Assembly: GCF_032444005.1 (NCBI RefSeq)
Contig: NC_091283.1
Location: forward strand, 275,528,001-275,592,000
Source of the DNA: Ranitomeya imitator
Lineage: Eukaryota
DNA: 64,000 bases
Direction: 5' to 3'
In this document: piece after piece, positions 48,641 through 60,700 of the stretch
How the letters are laid out: each line of letters starts with the position of its first letter
Numbering within the stretch: the stretch's first letter is position 1
Notes under the pieces: generated by a model
The model's database searches: none
What the model saw: the letters and a program-made list of their open reading frames with translations, nothing else
What the model was told of the DNA's origin: nothing
Program-made: the position numbers and the translations under genes

Positions 48641-49129
48641 GTATCTCTAAGAACATTCAATGTCTTTGCAATCCTTTTGTACTTTTTTTCCTTGTTTGCA
48701 ATAAGCAATGGTCTCTTCTGAACTTTTTTGAACACTCTGGAGAACACAAGAATATTAATGAAGCAGTGTCATGCTCCTGAGTTCAAACCCTTGAGCTTGT
48801 GGTCTCTTTCCGCAAGGCCACCACAGCAGACATCTTTTATTTGGTTGTTTAGGTTCTGCTATTCTGGCTGCACTTTGTTTAGCATAACACAGGTGTTTTC
48901 ATTTGTCTGCCCTATCAACTTTAGGGTGCGGCTTTATATTATTTCCCCCCCTACTAGTATTTCCTGCTGGTGATGGTTTCACTTGGATGTTCAGGCATTC
49001 TGTTGTTGTTTAAAGCCTGTCAGTAAAATTGCAGCTAAGGTTTATCTCTTTCCGGTTTCTGTTCTTTATTCTGCATCTATCTTCTGTTTTCTTTTTAGGA
49101 AGCAGACGGCATATTATCTAACAGAACGT

Positions 49130-50370
49130 ACTTTACATAGTTACATAGTTATTAAGGTTGAAGGAAGACTATAAGTCCATCTAGTTCAACCCATAGCCTA
49201 ACCTAACATGCCCTAACATGTTGATCCAGAGGAAGGCAAAAAAAACCCATGTGGCAAAGAGTAAGCTCCACATTGGGGAAAAAAATTCCTTCCCGACTCC
49301 ACATACGGCAATCAGACTAGTTCCCTGGATCAACGCCCTATCAAGGAATCTAGTGTATATACCCTGTAACATTATACTTTTCCAGAAAGGTATCCAGTCC
49401 CCTCTTAAATTTAAGTAATGAATCACTCATTACAACATCATACGGCAGAGAGTTCCATAGTCTCACTGCTCTTACAGTAAAGAATCCGCGTCTGTTATTA
49501 TGCTTAAACCTTTTTTCCTCCAAACGCAGAGGATGCCCCCTTGTCCCGGTTTCGGGTCTATGATTAAAAAGATCATCAGAAAGGTCTTTGTACTGTCCCC
49601 TCATATATTTATACATTAAAATAAGATCACCCCTTAGTCTTCGTTTTTCCAAACTAAATAGCCCCAAGTGTAATAACCTATCTTGGTATTGCAGACCCCC
49701 TAGTCCTCTAATAACCTTGGTCGCTCTTCTCTGCACCTGCTTTAGTTCAGCTATGTCTTTCTTATACACCGGAGACCAGAACTGTGCACAGTATTCTAAG
49801 TGTGGTCGAACTAGTGACTTGTATAGAGGTAAAATTATGTTCTCCTCATGAGCATCTATGCCTCTTTTAATGCATCCCATTATTTTATTTGCCTTTGTAG
49901 CAGCTGCCTGACACTGGCCACTGAATATGAGTTTGTCATCCACCCATACACCCAGGTCTTTTTCATTGACGGTTTTGCCCAGAGATTTAGAATTAAGCAC
50001 ATAAGATGTATAATTATTACTTCTACCCAAGTGCATGACCTTACATTTATCCCCATTAAAGCTCATTTGCCATTTATCAGCCCAAGCTTCTAGTTTACAT
50101 AAATCATCCTGTAATATAAAATTGTCCTCCTCTGTATTGATTACCCTGCAGAGTTTAGTGTCATCTGCAAATATTGAAATTCTACTCTGAATGCCCCCTA
50201 CAAGGTCATTAATAAATATGTTAAAAAGAAGAGGGCCCAATACTGACCCCTGTGGTAGCCCACTGCTAACCGCGACCCAGTCCGAGTTTGCTCCATTAAT
50301 AACCACCCTTTGTTTCCTACCCCTGAGCCAGCTCTCAACCCACTTGCACATATTTTTCCCTATCCCCATT
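49130..50370 (-). mobile_element. 5'-truncated CR1 LINE (RT C-terminus, 3' UTR and octamer tail)
   Basis: ORF 49350-50369 with GLPQGSVLGPLLFNIFIND, IFADDTKL and LVRPHLEYC; (ACATAGTT)n tail on plus strand at ~49133-49150. Confidence 0.92.
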
Positions 50371-51508
50371 TAGTATTTCATGGTTTATTCTACGCTTTCC
50401 TTTTTTCAGCACACTTTCTCTTTTGTAGGTAATTTACACTCTGCTCTGCCCTCTTGTTCTTTAGGAGGAACATGAAGCACTCGATGGCCTTTCAGGCAAT
50501 ATAGGTCCAACTTGCCATCTTCTAGTCTGTTTCTAGGGCTATCTGTACTCACGCAGGAACCACTACAGACTATGAGGTCAGGATCTCTAGTCTGTACAGT
50601 AACCAGGAGGATCAGTTGCAGTTTTTAGCTTTGCCTATTATCCTGAGTGAGTTGCTACACTAGCAGAAGAACCAAAGGGCGTTATCCATAAAGACTGAGC
50701 TAAGATTCCTCAGGAACACTGCAAAGCCGATGTCTGTGTATGTAGCAATGTTTTACAGGTGATAACAGCCATAGGGGATCAAATAAGTACTAAAGATGCC
50801 GGTCATGAAGGGGTGGAATCATTGAGACGACAGGAGTCATTATAAGTGGAATTTTGTGGTGAATTTAGAGAAACCACTTGTTATGTTAGTTGTGTTGAAC
50901 TTTTTACATTGTTCTTGTTTCGTTAGTTTATTGTGAACAGTAGAACATTTGTAAATTTTGGGAATAAACAGAATTTGGAACGAAGGTTGAATAATTTTGA
51001 TTTCAACTGTATGTATAATAATTACTTATATATTTTGCAGCACTTTACAATTCAGAGGGTACTTGTACAAATAATACTTTTCCAGAGTATAAGCTTGGTT
51101 ATTATTCAAGGCAGCTTATAAAGTTGTAGAAATCAGTGTATAGACCACATTGAGCTAGGATATGGAATATATATATCTACATACACACACACACACACGT
51201 ATATGCATACGTTCATACACACCAGCCTGCTTCCTCTTCAGTTCTTCTAGACTCCTGTAGTTAAAAGACCTCTGGTGGCATCATGGTCACATGACGGTGA
51301 AGACAAAGATCTGTAAGCATTCTTAACATCACAACAGAAATGTTGAGGGCCCTACTAGGAGAGTGGGGGTCCTGAGAAATTGCCCAGTATGTCCCCCTTC
51401 CCTTTCCTCTAATATCAGCCTTGCATACCAGCCTCCTCTTTTGTTCCTCCAGTTAATGGACCTCTGATGTTATCAAAGGTCCTTAAGCAGCTTTAAGGAC
51501 CAGTTTAA

Positions 51509-51854
51509 GGGTATGTGCACACATCAGGATTTCTTGCAGAAATTTTCCTGAAAAAAACCGGACATTTCTGCCAGAAATCCGCATGCGTTTTTACCGCGAT
51601 TTTGACGCGTTTTTGGTGCGTTTTTTCCCAAATGCATAGAATTGCAGGAAAAACGCAGAAAATCCGCAAAAATAATGAACATGCTCTTTTTTACCGCGAT
51701 GCGTTTTTTTCGCAGAAAAAAACGCATCCATGTGCACAAAACATGCAGAATGCATTCTAAATGATAGAATGCATAATGTATGCATTTTTAATGAGTTTTT
51801 ATAGCATTTTTAGTGCAAAAAAACGCAAAAAAACCTGTACGTTTGCACATACCC
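51509..51854. mobile_element. PIF/Harbinger-type MITE
   Basis: GGGTATGTGCACAC...GTTTGCACATACCC TIRs with TTA/TAA flanks. Confidence 0.78.
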
Positions 51855-52023
51855 TTAAGCAGTTTTTGGCATATGACTTTACTTTGCCGGTAACTGTTGT
51901 ATTTTTTGTAAGATCCATCAAATAAATATGTTTATATATATATATATATATATATTTCCCCTTGTAAGCTCTTTGAAGATTATGAAGTTGTGTGGATAAA
52001 CATTTCCAACATACTAAATGTAA

Positions 52024-52772
52024 TTATGATTGACCCACAATGTGAGTTTTAAGATGGTCTATAAGACTTGATCTCGTACTAAAACAATTCGGACATTCTG
52101 GGCATAAAAATGGCTTTTCCCTTGTGTGGCTTCTTTGATGTCTAACGAGATCTACTCTACCCCTGTAACATTTCCCACATTCTGAACATGAATATGGCTT
52201 TTCCCCTGTATGAATTCTCTGATGTACAACAAAACCTGATTTACGGCGAAAACATTTCCCACATTCTGAACATGAAAATGGCCTTTCCCCCGTGTGAATT
52301 CTCTGATGCACAGTCAGAGTTGATTTCTGCTTAAAACATTTTCCGCATTCTAAACACGAATATGGCTTCTCTCCTGTGTGAGTTTTTCGATGCTCAACAA
52401 GATTTGATTTCCGATTAAAACATTTCCCACATTCTAGACATGGATATGGCTTCTCCCCTGTGTGAATTCTCTGATGTATAGCAAGATCTGATTTATAATT
52501 AAAACATTTCCAACACTCTGAACATGATAATGATCTCTCCCCTGAGTGAGCTCTCCGCTCCTTTACACCCTCTCTCTGACTTTGCTTAACATTCTGTAAC
52601 GAATCAGAAGATAGGACCTGTTGATTATAAAATACATCTTTGCTGTGAAGGGCCGAGATTATGTCTGAAGCAATGGCATACTCTTCATATTTATTTGGTG
52701 TGATACCATGATCATCTGCTTTCAAAGCTGACGATGATATCATATATCTTTCTGAGTTCCTGGTAAAGATAT
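52024..52772 (-). CDS. Zinc-finger exon of gene B (six C2H2 fingers)
   Basis: Six CxxC...HxxxH units; TAA stop at 52026-52024; AG acceptor at 52774-52773. Confidence 0.93.
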
Positions 52773-55700
52773 CTGTCAAGAATAAAAACATTTGTAATAC
52801 TTTTATATTTATGTTCAGTGTAGTAAATATAACATTAACACTTTTGTTTTTGCTCCCATTTTTCATGAGCTGGAGACAAAAGACCCTTTTCTCAAATATT
52901 GTTCACAAATTTGCTTAAATCTGTGTTAGTGAGCACTTCTCCTTTGCCAAGATAATCCATCCACCTCACAGGTGTGGCATATCCAGATGCAGATTAGACA
53001 GCATGATTATTGTGCCTTAGGCTGGCCACAATAAAAGGCCATTTTATAATGTGCAGTTTTATCACACACCACAATGTCAAAGTTTTAAAGGAGCATGCAA
53101 TTGGCATTCTTACGGCAGGAATGGCCACCAGAGCTGTTGCTCATGAATCGAATGTTCATTTTTCTACCATACGCCGTCTCCAAAGGCGTTTCAGAGAATT
53201 TGACAGTGCATCCAACTGGTCTCATAACCGCAGACAACGTGTATCCACACCAACCCAGAACCTCAATATCCAGCATCTTCACTTCCAAGATCATCTGAGA
53301 CCAGCTACCCGGATATCTGGTGATAATTGGTTTGGATAACCAAAGAATTTCTGCACAAACTGTCACAAACCATCTCCTAGAAGCTTATCTGCATTCTTGT
53401 CAAGCTCGTTGGGGTCTCCACCTGTTTGTAGCTCCTTGTCGGGGTCTCCACCTGACTGAAGTTCGTCATTGTAACCAACTTGAGTGGGCCAATGCTCACA
53501 TTTGATGGTGTCTGGCACATTGGAGAGGAGTTTAATTCATAGATGAATTCCGGTTTTCACTATAAAGGGCTGATGGTGGTGTGTGGGTGAGCGGTTTGCT
53601 GATGTCAACGTTGTGAATCAAGTGGCCCTTGGTAGCGGTGGAGGTTACGGTATGAACAGTCGTATGCTATAGACAACAAACACAAGTGCATTTTATTGAT
53701 GCCATTTTACAGATACCGTGACGAGATCCTGAGGTCCATTGGTGTACCATTTATCCAGGAACGTCAACTCATGTTAGAGCATGATAATGCTCAGCTCCAT
53801 GTTACAAGGATTTGTGCGCAATTCCTGGACATTGAAAACATCCAAGTTCTTGCATAGCCGAATAGTCACCGGACATGTTACCCAGTGAGCACGTTTGTAT
53901 GCTCTGGATCGGCGTATATGACAGTTTGTTCAAGTTTCAGCAACATCCAGAAACTCAGCATTGAGGAGGAGCGGAGCAATAATCCGAAGACCACAATCAA
54001 ATGGTGGTCACACCAGATACGGACTGGTTTTCTGACCAATACTGTAACACTGCACATTTTAGAGTGGCCAGTACAAGACACATCTGTGCAATAATCCTGT
54101 GTCTGATCAGCATCTCGATATGCCACACCTGTGAGATGCATGGATTATCTCTGCAGAGGGGAGGATCTCACTAACACAGATTTAGACAAATTTGTGACCA
54201 ATGTTTAAGAGGAAAAGATCCCATATTTAAGTCACATGCTGTCCATTTCCTTGTGATCCTCCTTGAGATGGTTCTACTTCTTCATTGGAGTCCAGCTGTG
54301 TTTTATTAACCTGATAGCACTTGATTTGGAAAGGCACACACCTGTTTATATAAGACCTCACAGCTCACAGTGCATGTCAGACCAAATGAGAATCATGAGG
54401 TCAAAGGTACTGGCCAAGGATCTCAGAGGCAGAATTGTGGCAAGGCACAGATCTGGCCAAGGCTACAACAGAATTTCAGCAGGTGGACAGCGTGTGACTT
54501 AAATGATTGTCTGAGCAAAGGGTCTGAATACTTATGACCATGTGATAGTTTTTCTTTTTTAATAAATTTGCAAAAATTGCTATTTTTTTTAGCCAAGATG
54601 GGGTGCAGAGTGTACATTAATGAGAAAAAAAAACGAACTTTTTTGAATTTACCAAATGGCTGCAATGAAACAAAGAGTAAAAAATTGAAAGGGGTCTGAA
54701 TACTTTCGGCACCCTCTGTATAATGCTATTTACATTGTTCCTAAACCAAAAGTGTTCACCCAGTGTTTCAATTTAATTTCCTAAGATTCTTAGTTATAAA
54801 GAATTTATTGGCACAATAAAGGGGCGCTCATTTCATATAGTCAACCCCTTCACGACATGCGTCGTACATGTTCAGAACGGCATGATCTATTTTTTTTTAA
54901 CAAAGTTTGGAATTTTTTTTCACCACTTATATAAAAAGAACCTATACATGTTTGGTGTCTATGAACTAGTAATGACCTGGAGAATGATAATGGCAAGTCA
55001 GTTTTAGCATTTGGTGAACAGCTGTGGAATTGCACTTTTTCTTGAAATTTCACCACACTTTCAATTCTTTCCCCATTTTCCAGTACACGATATGTTAAAA
55101 TAAATGATATCGTTCAAAAGCACAACTCGTCCTGCAAAAAAAACAAAAAAACAAGGTCCCTCAGATGGCCATACCATATTGACGGAAAAATAAAAAAAAG
55201 TTATGGCTCTGGGAAGAGGGGGAGCGCAAAACAAAACGCAAAAACGAAAAAGGTCTTTGGCGTGAAGGGGTTAATCAATTAATTTTACAAACTCATTCCA
55301 GATATTTTAATCCCATAGCACTTGCCACAAGAACAGTATTCATATCGGCCTTACATAGTCATCTATAAGGCAGTATTCTTTAAGAAACAATTGATATACA
55401 GGTAAAAATTCCTGACAGGACACAGATTATTACATGTAATACTATTTTTTTCATCTGTGACTTCTCTGCATTTAGTGGCTAATACTCACCTGGGTATTCA
55501 TATGTAGGAATCTCCTCTTTACACCACTCATCACCCGTCACATATGACTCTGTAGTATTAATATGGGTCGGATCTTCACCCTGAAACAAATATTGTAAAA
55601 GTCACAGACAGATGGAGAAGTCCAACAGAGTAGAAGGAACAGCGCTCCAAACGGGTGTTTATCCAAAAGAAGCAAACTTTATTTCAGCCATGGTAGAATA

Positions 55701-57243
55701 GCAACGTTTCGGCTGCACACCAGCCTTTTTCAAGCATGCAGCCGAAACGTTGCTATTCTACCATGGCTGAAATAAAGTTTGCTTCTTTTGGATAAACACC
55801 TGTTTGGAGCGCTGTTCCTTCTACTCTGTTGGACTTGTACTTTTCCGGGTGGGTTCCCTGGACTTGGAGCGTGCGCCCTTGGTAGTGAGTGCTGCTGGTC
55901 ATCTGCAAATTAGACAGATGGAGAAGTCACATCTATGATCAGCTGTAATCCTGCCATCTCCACCGTTCTCATTACACAAATATAAGGCTATGTGCACACG
56001 TTCAGGAATTCATGCAAAAAATTCCTGTGAAAATCCGGACATTTCTGCCAGATTTCCGCAAGAAAACCGCATGTGTTTTTTGCGCGGTTTTGACGCGGTT
56101 TTTGCGCGTTTTTTCCCGGACATTTCCCAATGCATTAGACAGTGGGAAAACCACGAAAAAAAATGCAAAATTAATTAGCAGGTTCATTATTTTTCCGCAA
56201 TGCGTTTTTCATGCGGAAAAACGCACATCATGTGCACAGAAATTGCGGATTTCATTAAAAATGATAGGATGCTTAATGTATGCAGATTATTTGCGGTTTT
56301 ATAGCGTTTTTATAGCGCAAAAACGCTAAAAAAAACGCAAATAATCTGCAACGTGTGCACATAGCCTAAAACATATAATCCTGGTGGATAAAACAAGACT
56401 GAGCACAAGACCTTCACAGCCATCTACACATCATAGGGGAGATCTCATGACACCTTCTCTCCATCTACCTGATAATCCTGAGGAACATTGAGATCTTCTT
56501 GCTTACAGTCCTCTGGAAGAAGAGGACGGGAACATCTCTCTGGTGTTGTCCTCTTATTGGATAGATCTGGAGGAAACACATACAGGGACTGAATTCATTC
56601 TTTACGTACATATAATTATAGGCCGTGTGTATTTAGTCCTGTCTATTACCTGGAGATGTGAGGGGCTGGGGAACCTCCATTATGACGTTCTTGTACAGAT
56701 CTTTGTGTTCTTCTAAATACTCCCACTCCTCCATGGAGAAATAGACAGCGACATCCTGACACCTTATAGGAACCTGACACATACAATGATACCGTCATCC
56801 CCCCGATCCCTTCACAGTGTTACTGTATAATGTCCCAGCATTCCCAGCAGTGTCACCTCTCCAGTCAGCAGCTCAATCATCTTGTAGGTGAGTTCTAGGA
56901 TCTTCTGGTCATTGAAGTCCTCATGTATCAGGGGGTGAGGTGGAGGCCCCGTGATTGGACTCAGGGGTCTTCCCCATCCCTCAGACACAGGGTCCTGACA
57001 GCGTTCACTAGAGGTCTTCTTCACTACTGTGTAATCCTGGTTATGGAGAGACACATTAATAAATCTCACTACAGACATTTCCAGAGTCCTCACCTCTCCA
57101 GTTCTGTCCATCTGTTATTCCCATAGATAAGAATGATGTAATGTGACGTCATCAGAATCTCTCACCTCTCCAGTAAGCCGGAAGAGGATCTCTAGGGTGA
57201 GGTGTAATATCTTTTCCGCCATCTTGTCCCTGTCCATATCCAT
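52024..57243 (-). CDS. Gene B: intact FAX/KRAB C2H2 zinc-finger protein (oocyte/gastrula XlCOF/XlCGF-like), 439 aa, 6 fingers
   Basis: GT-AG exons 57243-57166, 57036-56857, 56773-56650 ([27 protein letters not shown]), 56566-56469, 55580-55490 and 52772-52024 sum to 1320 nt in frame; fingers joined by TGEKPY-type linkers. Confidence 0.92.
52812..54218 (+). mobile_element. Degenerate Tc1 transposon with long TIRs
   Basis: Inverted termini ~52880-53010 and ~54085-54218; transposase remnants [15 protein letters not shown]...[11 protein letters not shown] and QHDNAQLH. Confidence 0.8.
54240..54719 (+). mobile_element. Internally deleted Tc1-like element of a second family
   Basis: Transposase start [28 protein letters not shown], then a terminal GGGGTCTGAATACTTT...CTG followed by TA. 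Confidence 0.7.
54845..55270. mobile_element. Deleted piggyBac-like element
   Basis: (T)CAA-CCCCTT...AAGGGG-TTAA; empty site in the gene A intron at ~15905-15915. Confidence 0.72.
55623..55911. mobile_element. Short palindromic Penelope-like insertion with hammerhead-like core
   Basis: 17-bp TSD AGACAGATGGAGAAGTC (55606-55622, 55912-55928); 100-bp arms 55618-55717 and 55737-55836; empty site in gene A at ~20210-20230. Confidence 0.8.
55986..56366. mobile_element. PIF/Harbinger-type MITE
   Basis: GGCTATGTGCACACG TIRs; TAA TSD; empty site in gene A at ~20278-20285. Confidence 0.88.
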
Positions 57244-57732
57244 CCATTAAAGTTTAAGGTAAATTTTCTAGAAGATAATCACTATAACGATTGTATCTGC
57301 CAAGATCCTAAATGGAAGGAAGATCAGCTGATGAAGAATCATACAAAACACCATGGGAGAACAAGATACAGGAGCAGTGATGCTGGTATAGAGTAAGGAC
57401 ATGTGTACTCAGTGCCTTTTCAGATGGACATGTCCTGTAACCTGTCCGAAAAAATGTAAAAGTTGGAACATAAAGCACAGCAATGTATAAAACAAATCAC
57501 TGTTCATACTTTGTTTTTTAAACTTCTTTTAACCCCTTCAGGTTTTTAAAGCTGCGAAACAGTTATAAGAAGTGACCTGTAAACAGTAGATAAGACATAA
57601 AAAAAGGCATCTCTGAGGACCAAAGACGGTGCCTATAGTGAGGTCACAGGACTCATTCTGTTAAGAGTCCATTAAAAAACCCAAAAAAAGATTGTCCAGG
57701 AAGGCATCAATGTGCAGTGTATGAAAAGGGGA

Positions 57733-60700
57733 GTAGAGATGAGCCAACTTGTTCAGAAAACGATTGCAAATCTCAAATTCAGAATGAACATAGCACGTTC
57801 AGATTCGTGCTTGGTTTCCCGAGTATTTTTCCTTAAATTCGTCAAAATTCGGTAAATGATTGCATTCCCACTAATACTTTTTTAGGACTTTGGTTAGGAT
57901 AGTGGTTGTGTATGATGAGCGGAGGGGGAACTTAAAGGGAATTTGTCACCTCATTTTTTGCATATAAGCTGCGGCCACTGCCATTAGGGGCTTATCTACA
58001 GCATTCTGTAATGCTGTAGATAAGCCCCCGATGTGATCTGAAAGATAAGAAAAACAAGATAGATTATACTCACCCAGGGGCGGTCCGGCGCCTCCCATCT
58101 TCATGCGAGGACGTCCTCTTCCTTGCTTCTGTCGCAGCTCATGCACAGGCGTAATTCTCTGCCCTGTTGAAGGTAGATCGAAGTACTGCAGTGTGCAGGC
58201 GCAGCAAAAGGTCAGAGAGGCCCAGTGCCTGCGCACTGCAGTGCTTTGCTCTGCCCTCAACAGGGCAGATAAAGTACGCCTGCGCATTAGCCATGACACG
58301 AAGCAAGGAGGATGATGACATTGCATGAAGATGTGAGGCGCCGGACCCAGACCGGAGATGCTCATAGGACCCAGACCGCACCGGGCCGCTCCTGGATGAG
58401 TATAATTAACTTGTTTTTCTTATCTTTCAGGTTACATCAGGGGCTTATTTACAGCATTACAGAATGCTGTAGATAAGCCTCTAATGGCGGTGGCCGCAGC
58501 TTATATGTGAAAAATGAGGTGACAGATTCCCTTTAAATATAGGTACATTCTGGCAGCCAATCAGGGTACAGAAACCATCAACATCATGACACAAGGACAT
58601 CTGTAATTGGCTGCCGAAGTCACATGTCCCTTTCCATATAAAAAGCGGACATGTTTTGCTGGTGCCATTTTCTCAGTGTAACAGCGGGAGGCCGCTCCTG
58701 CAAGTTAACTTGCAAGTTAACTGTTCTGTGTGAAATCAACCTTCCAGCATCAAACTAGTTTGTGCTGGTAGTGTTGTGCAGGCAGCAGTCCACATTTCCT
58801 ACTCAAAATCATTTGGGCTAATACTGGATTGCAGTCAGGACTCAGGAGGCCCCATTTGCTAATCAAATTCATTAGGGCTAATATTATGGTGCAGGCAGCA
58901 GGCCCAAGTTGCAAATCCAAATCGTTTGGGCTATCACTGTCTTGCAGTCAGGACTCCAGAGGTCACATTTACATATCAAAATCATTTGGGCTAATATTGG
59001 TGTGCAGGCAAGAGTCCACATTTCCTAATCAAAATTGTTTGGGCTAATACTCTGGTGCAGGCACCAGGCCTCATTTTATAGTATAAATCCATTGTGCTAA
59101 TAATGCATTGTAGGGCACCAGGCCTCATTTCATAATCCACAGAGTTTTGGATAACAGTCTGGTGCAGGCACCAGATCTCATCTCACCCAGAGTACAAATC
59201 ATATAATTGCGCAGCATGGATGCATGGGTTGGACCAGCATTGATCAGTGACAGCAGGATGAGTGACAGGTGTAGGCCCGCTGCTAAGAGAGCCTTGCCAA
59301 ATTCAGGCAACAAACATGAAAGAGACCCAACTTGGGAGTCCAAACATTTTCCAAAAATTAGGGGCAGGCACCACTAAAGTGTCATCAATTTCCCCAAAGT
59401 AGAAATAGTATAATTGGACTCCGACACCCCTTCCACTACAGGCAAGCCACCAGATGGAGACAGCTTTGAGTCTCCACATCTCCAAAAATTGTTAGTAACA
59501 TCAGCAGCAACAACAGCACGCACCGGACCCATGACAAAGGAATCACACACTGCAATAATGCAAGATCAATACGGCATACTAAAAACTGCACCAGCGCCTA
59601 GTCTGCGACTGGGGAAGTAAAATCAATGGCGATCCATAATTTATTCATCTTGGTTAAAGTTAGGCATATTCTGAGAGAAATCTGGCTGCCGAGAATGGCA
59701 AAACCTCCAAAGGGTCCAAATTGCCCATGAAAGTATTGATATTCAGCTCAAGATAATCCTGCACCAACCTCTCCAGTCGTTCATGTGTCAGACATGCACT
59801 CTGTGCTGCTGGTGCTGGTCTAAAAAAGTGTGAAATGACTCACAGAAATTGGTTATGCCACTTCCAATGCTGCTGCTAAAGTTCTTGGATATTTCCAGGG
59901 TTGGATCTCTATAACTGCGATGCACTCAGTGTTCCTGACTGCCGTCTTGGGGAAAACCACTCTTAAAGATTGTGTACAAGCATGTTTTGATATTCCAGCA
60001 GCATATACACATCCCTTTACAGTGGGTAAGCATCTGGCAAAATGTATGAGTGGCAACCCAGTATTTCTAATCTTGTCAGTACGGGCATCATGTTGCAGAT
60101 ACTACAGCAAGAAGGTGCTCATATGTGGGGTACTTCCATGAGGTTTGAGTCTATGGTGTCTTAGTAACACTCAACCTTGCTTCCTACGTCCCCTTATGCC
60201 AACCACGGACAACAGAGAAGGGATCATTATCCTCTTCATCTCCTGGCTGTTGTGTGCCCATCATCTCTTCCTCCTCCATTTGTTCCTCAGCTCCTGCACC
60301 TTCACTATCAGTTTGTCTGGTACCATGACCCTTCCTCAACCGCTGCAATCCACCCTACCATGGCACCCGCTTGTGAGACGACAGTCCGGAATTTTGAGAT
60401 ATTGTTATCCCTTCTGCATCCTCCTCAGTTTCCTCCTTTTCCTCTGGGACCACCTTCCACCTTCTGCACACTATTCAAAGTGCTCCAGCATGTAGATGGC
60501 CGGAATAGTGATGCTGATGACGGCATCGTCAGTGCTAACCATCTTAGTAGCCATTTAGAAACTGTACAGAAGTCCTTCATCTGTGGTCACTATGTAAGCA
60601 TGATTTGCACCACATCTGTAATATTTTGGCATTGGCTATGCAAAAGTACATATTGCACCAGGGCTTGTCGCGGCTGCCACAGTCGCTGCAACATGTGGAG

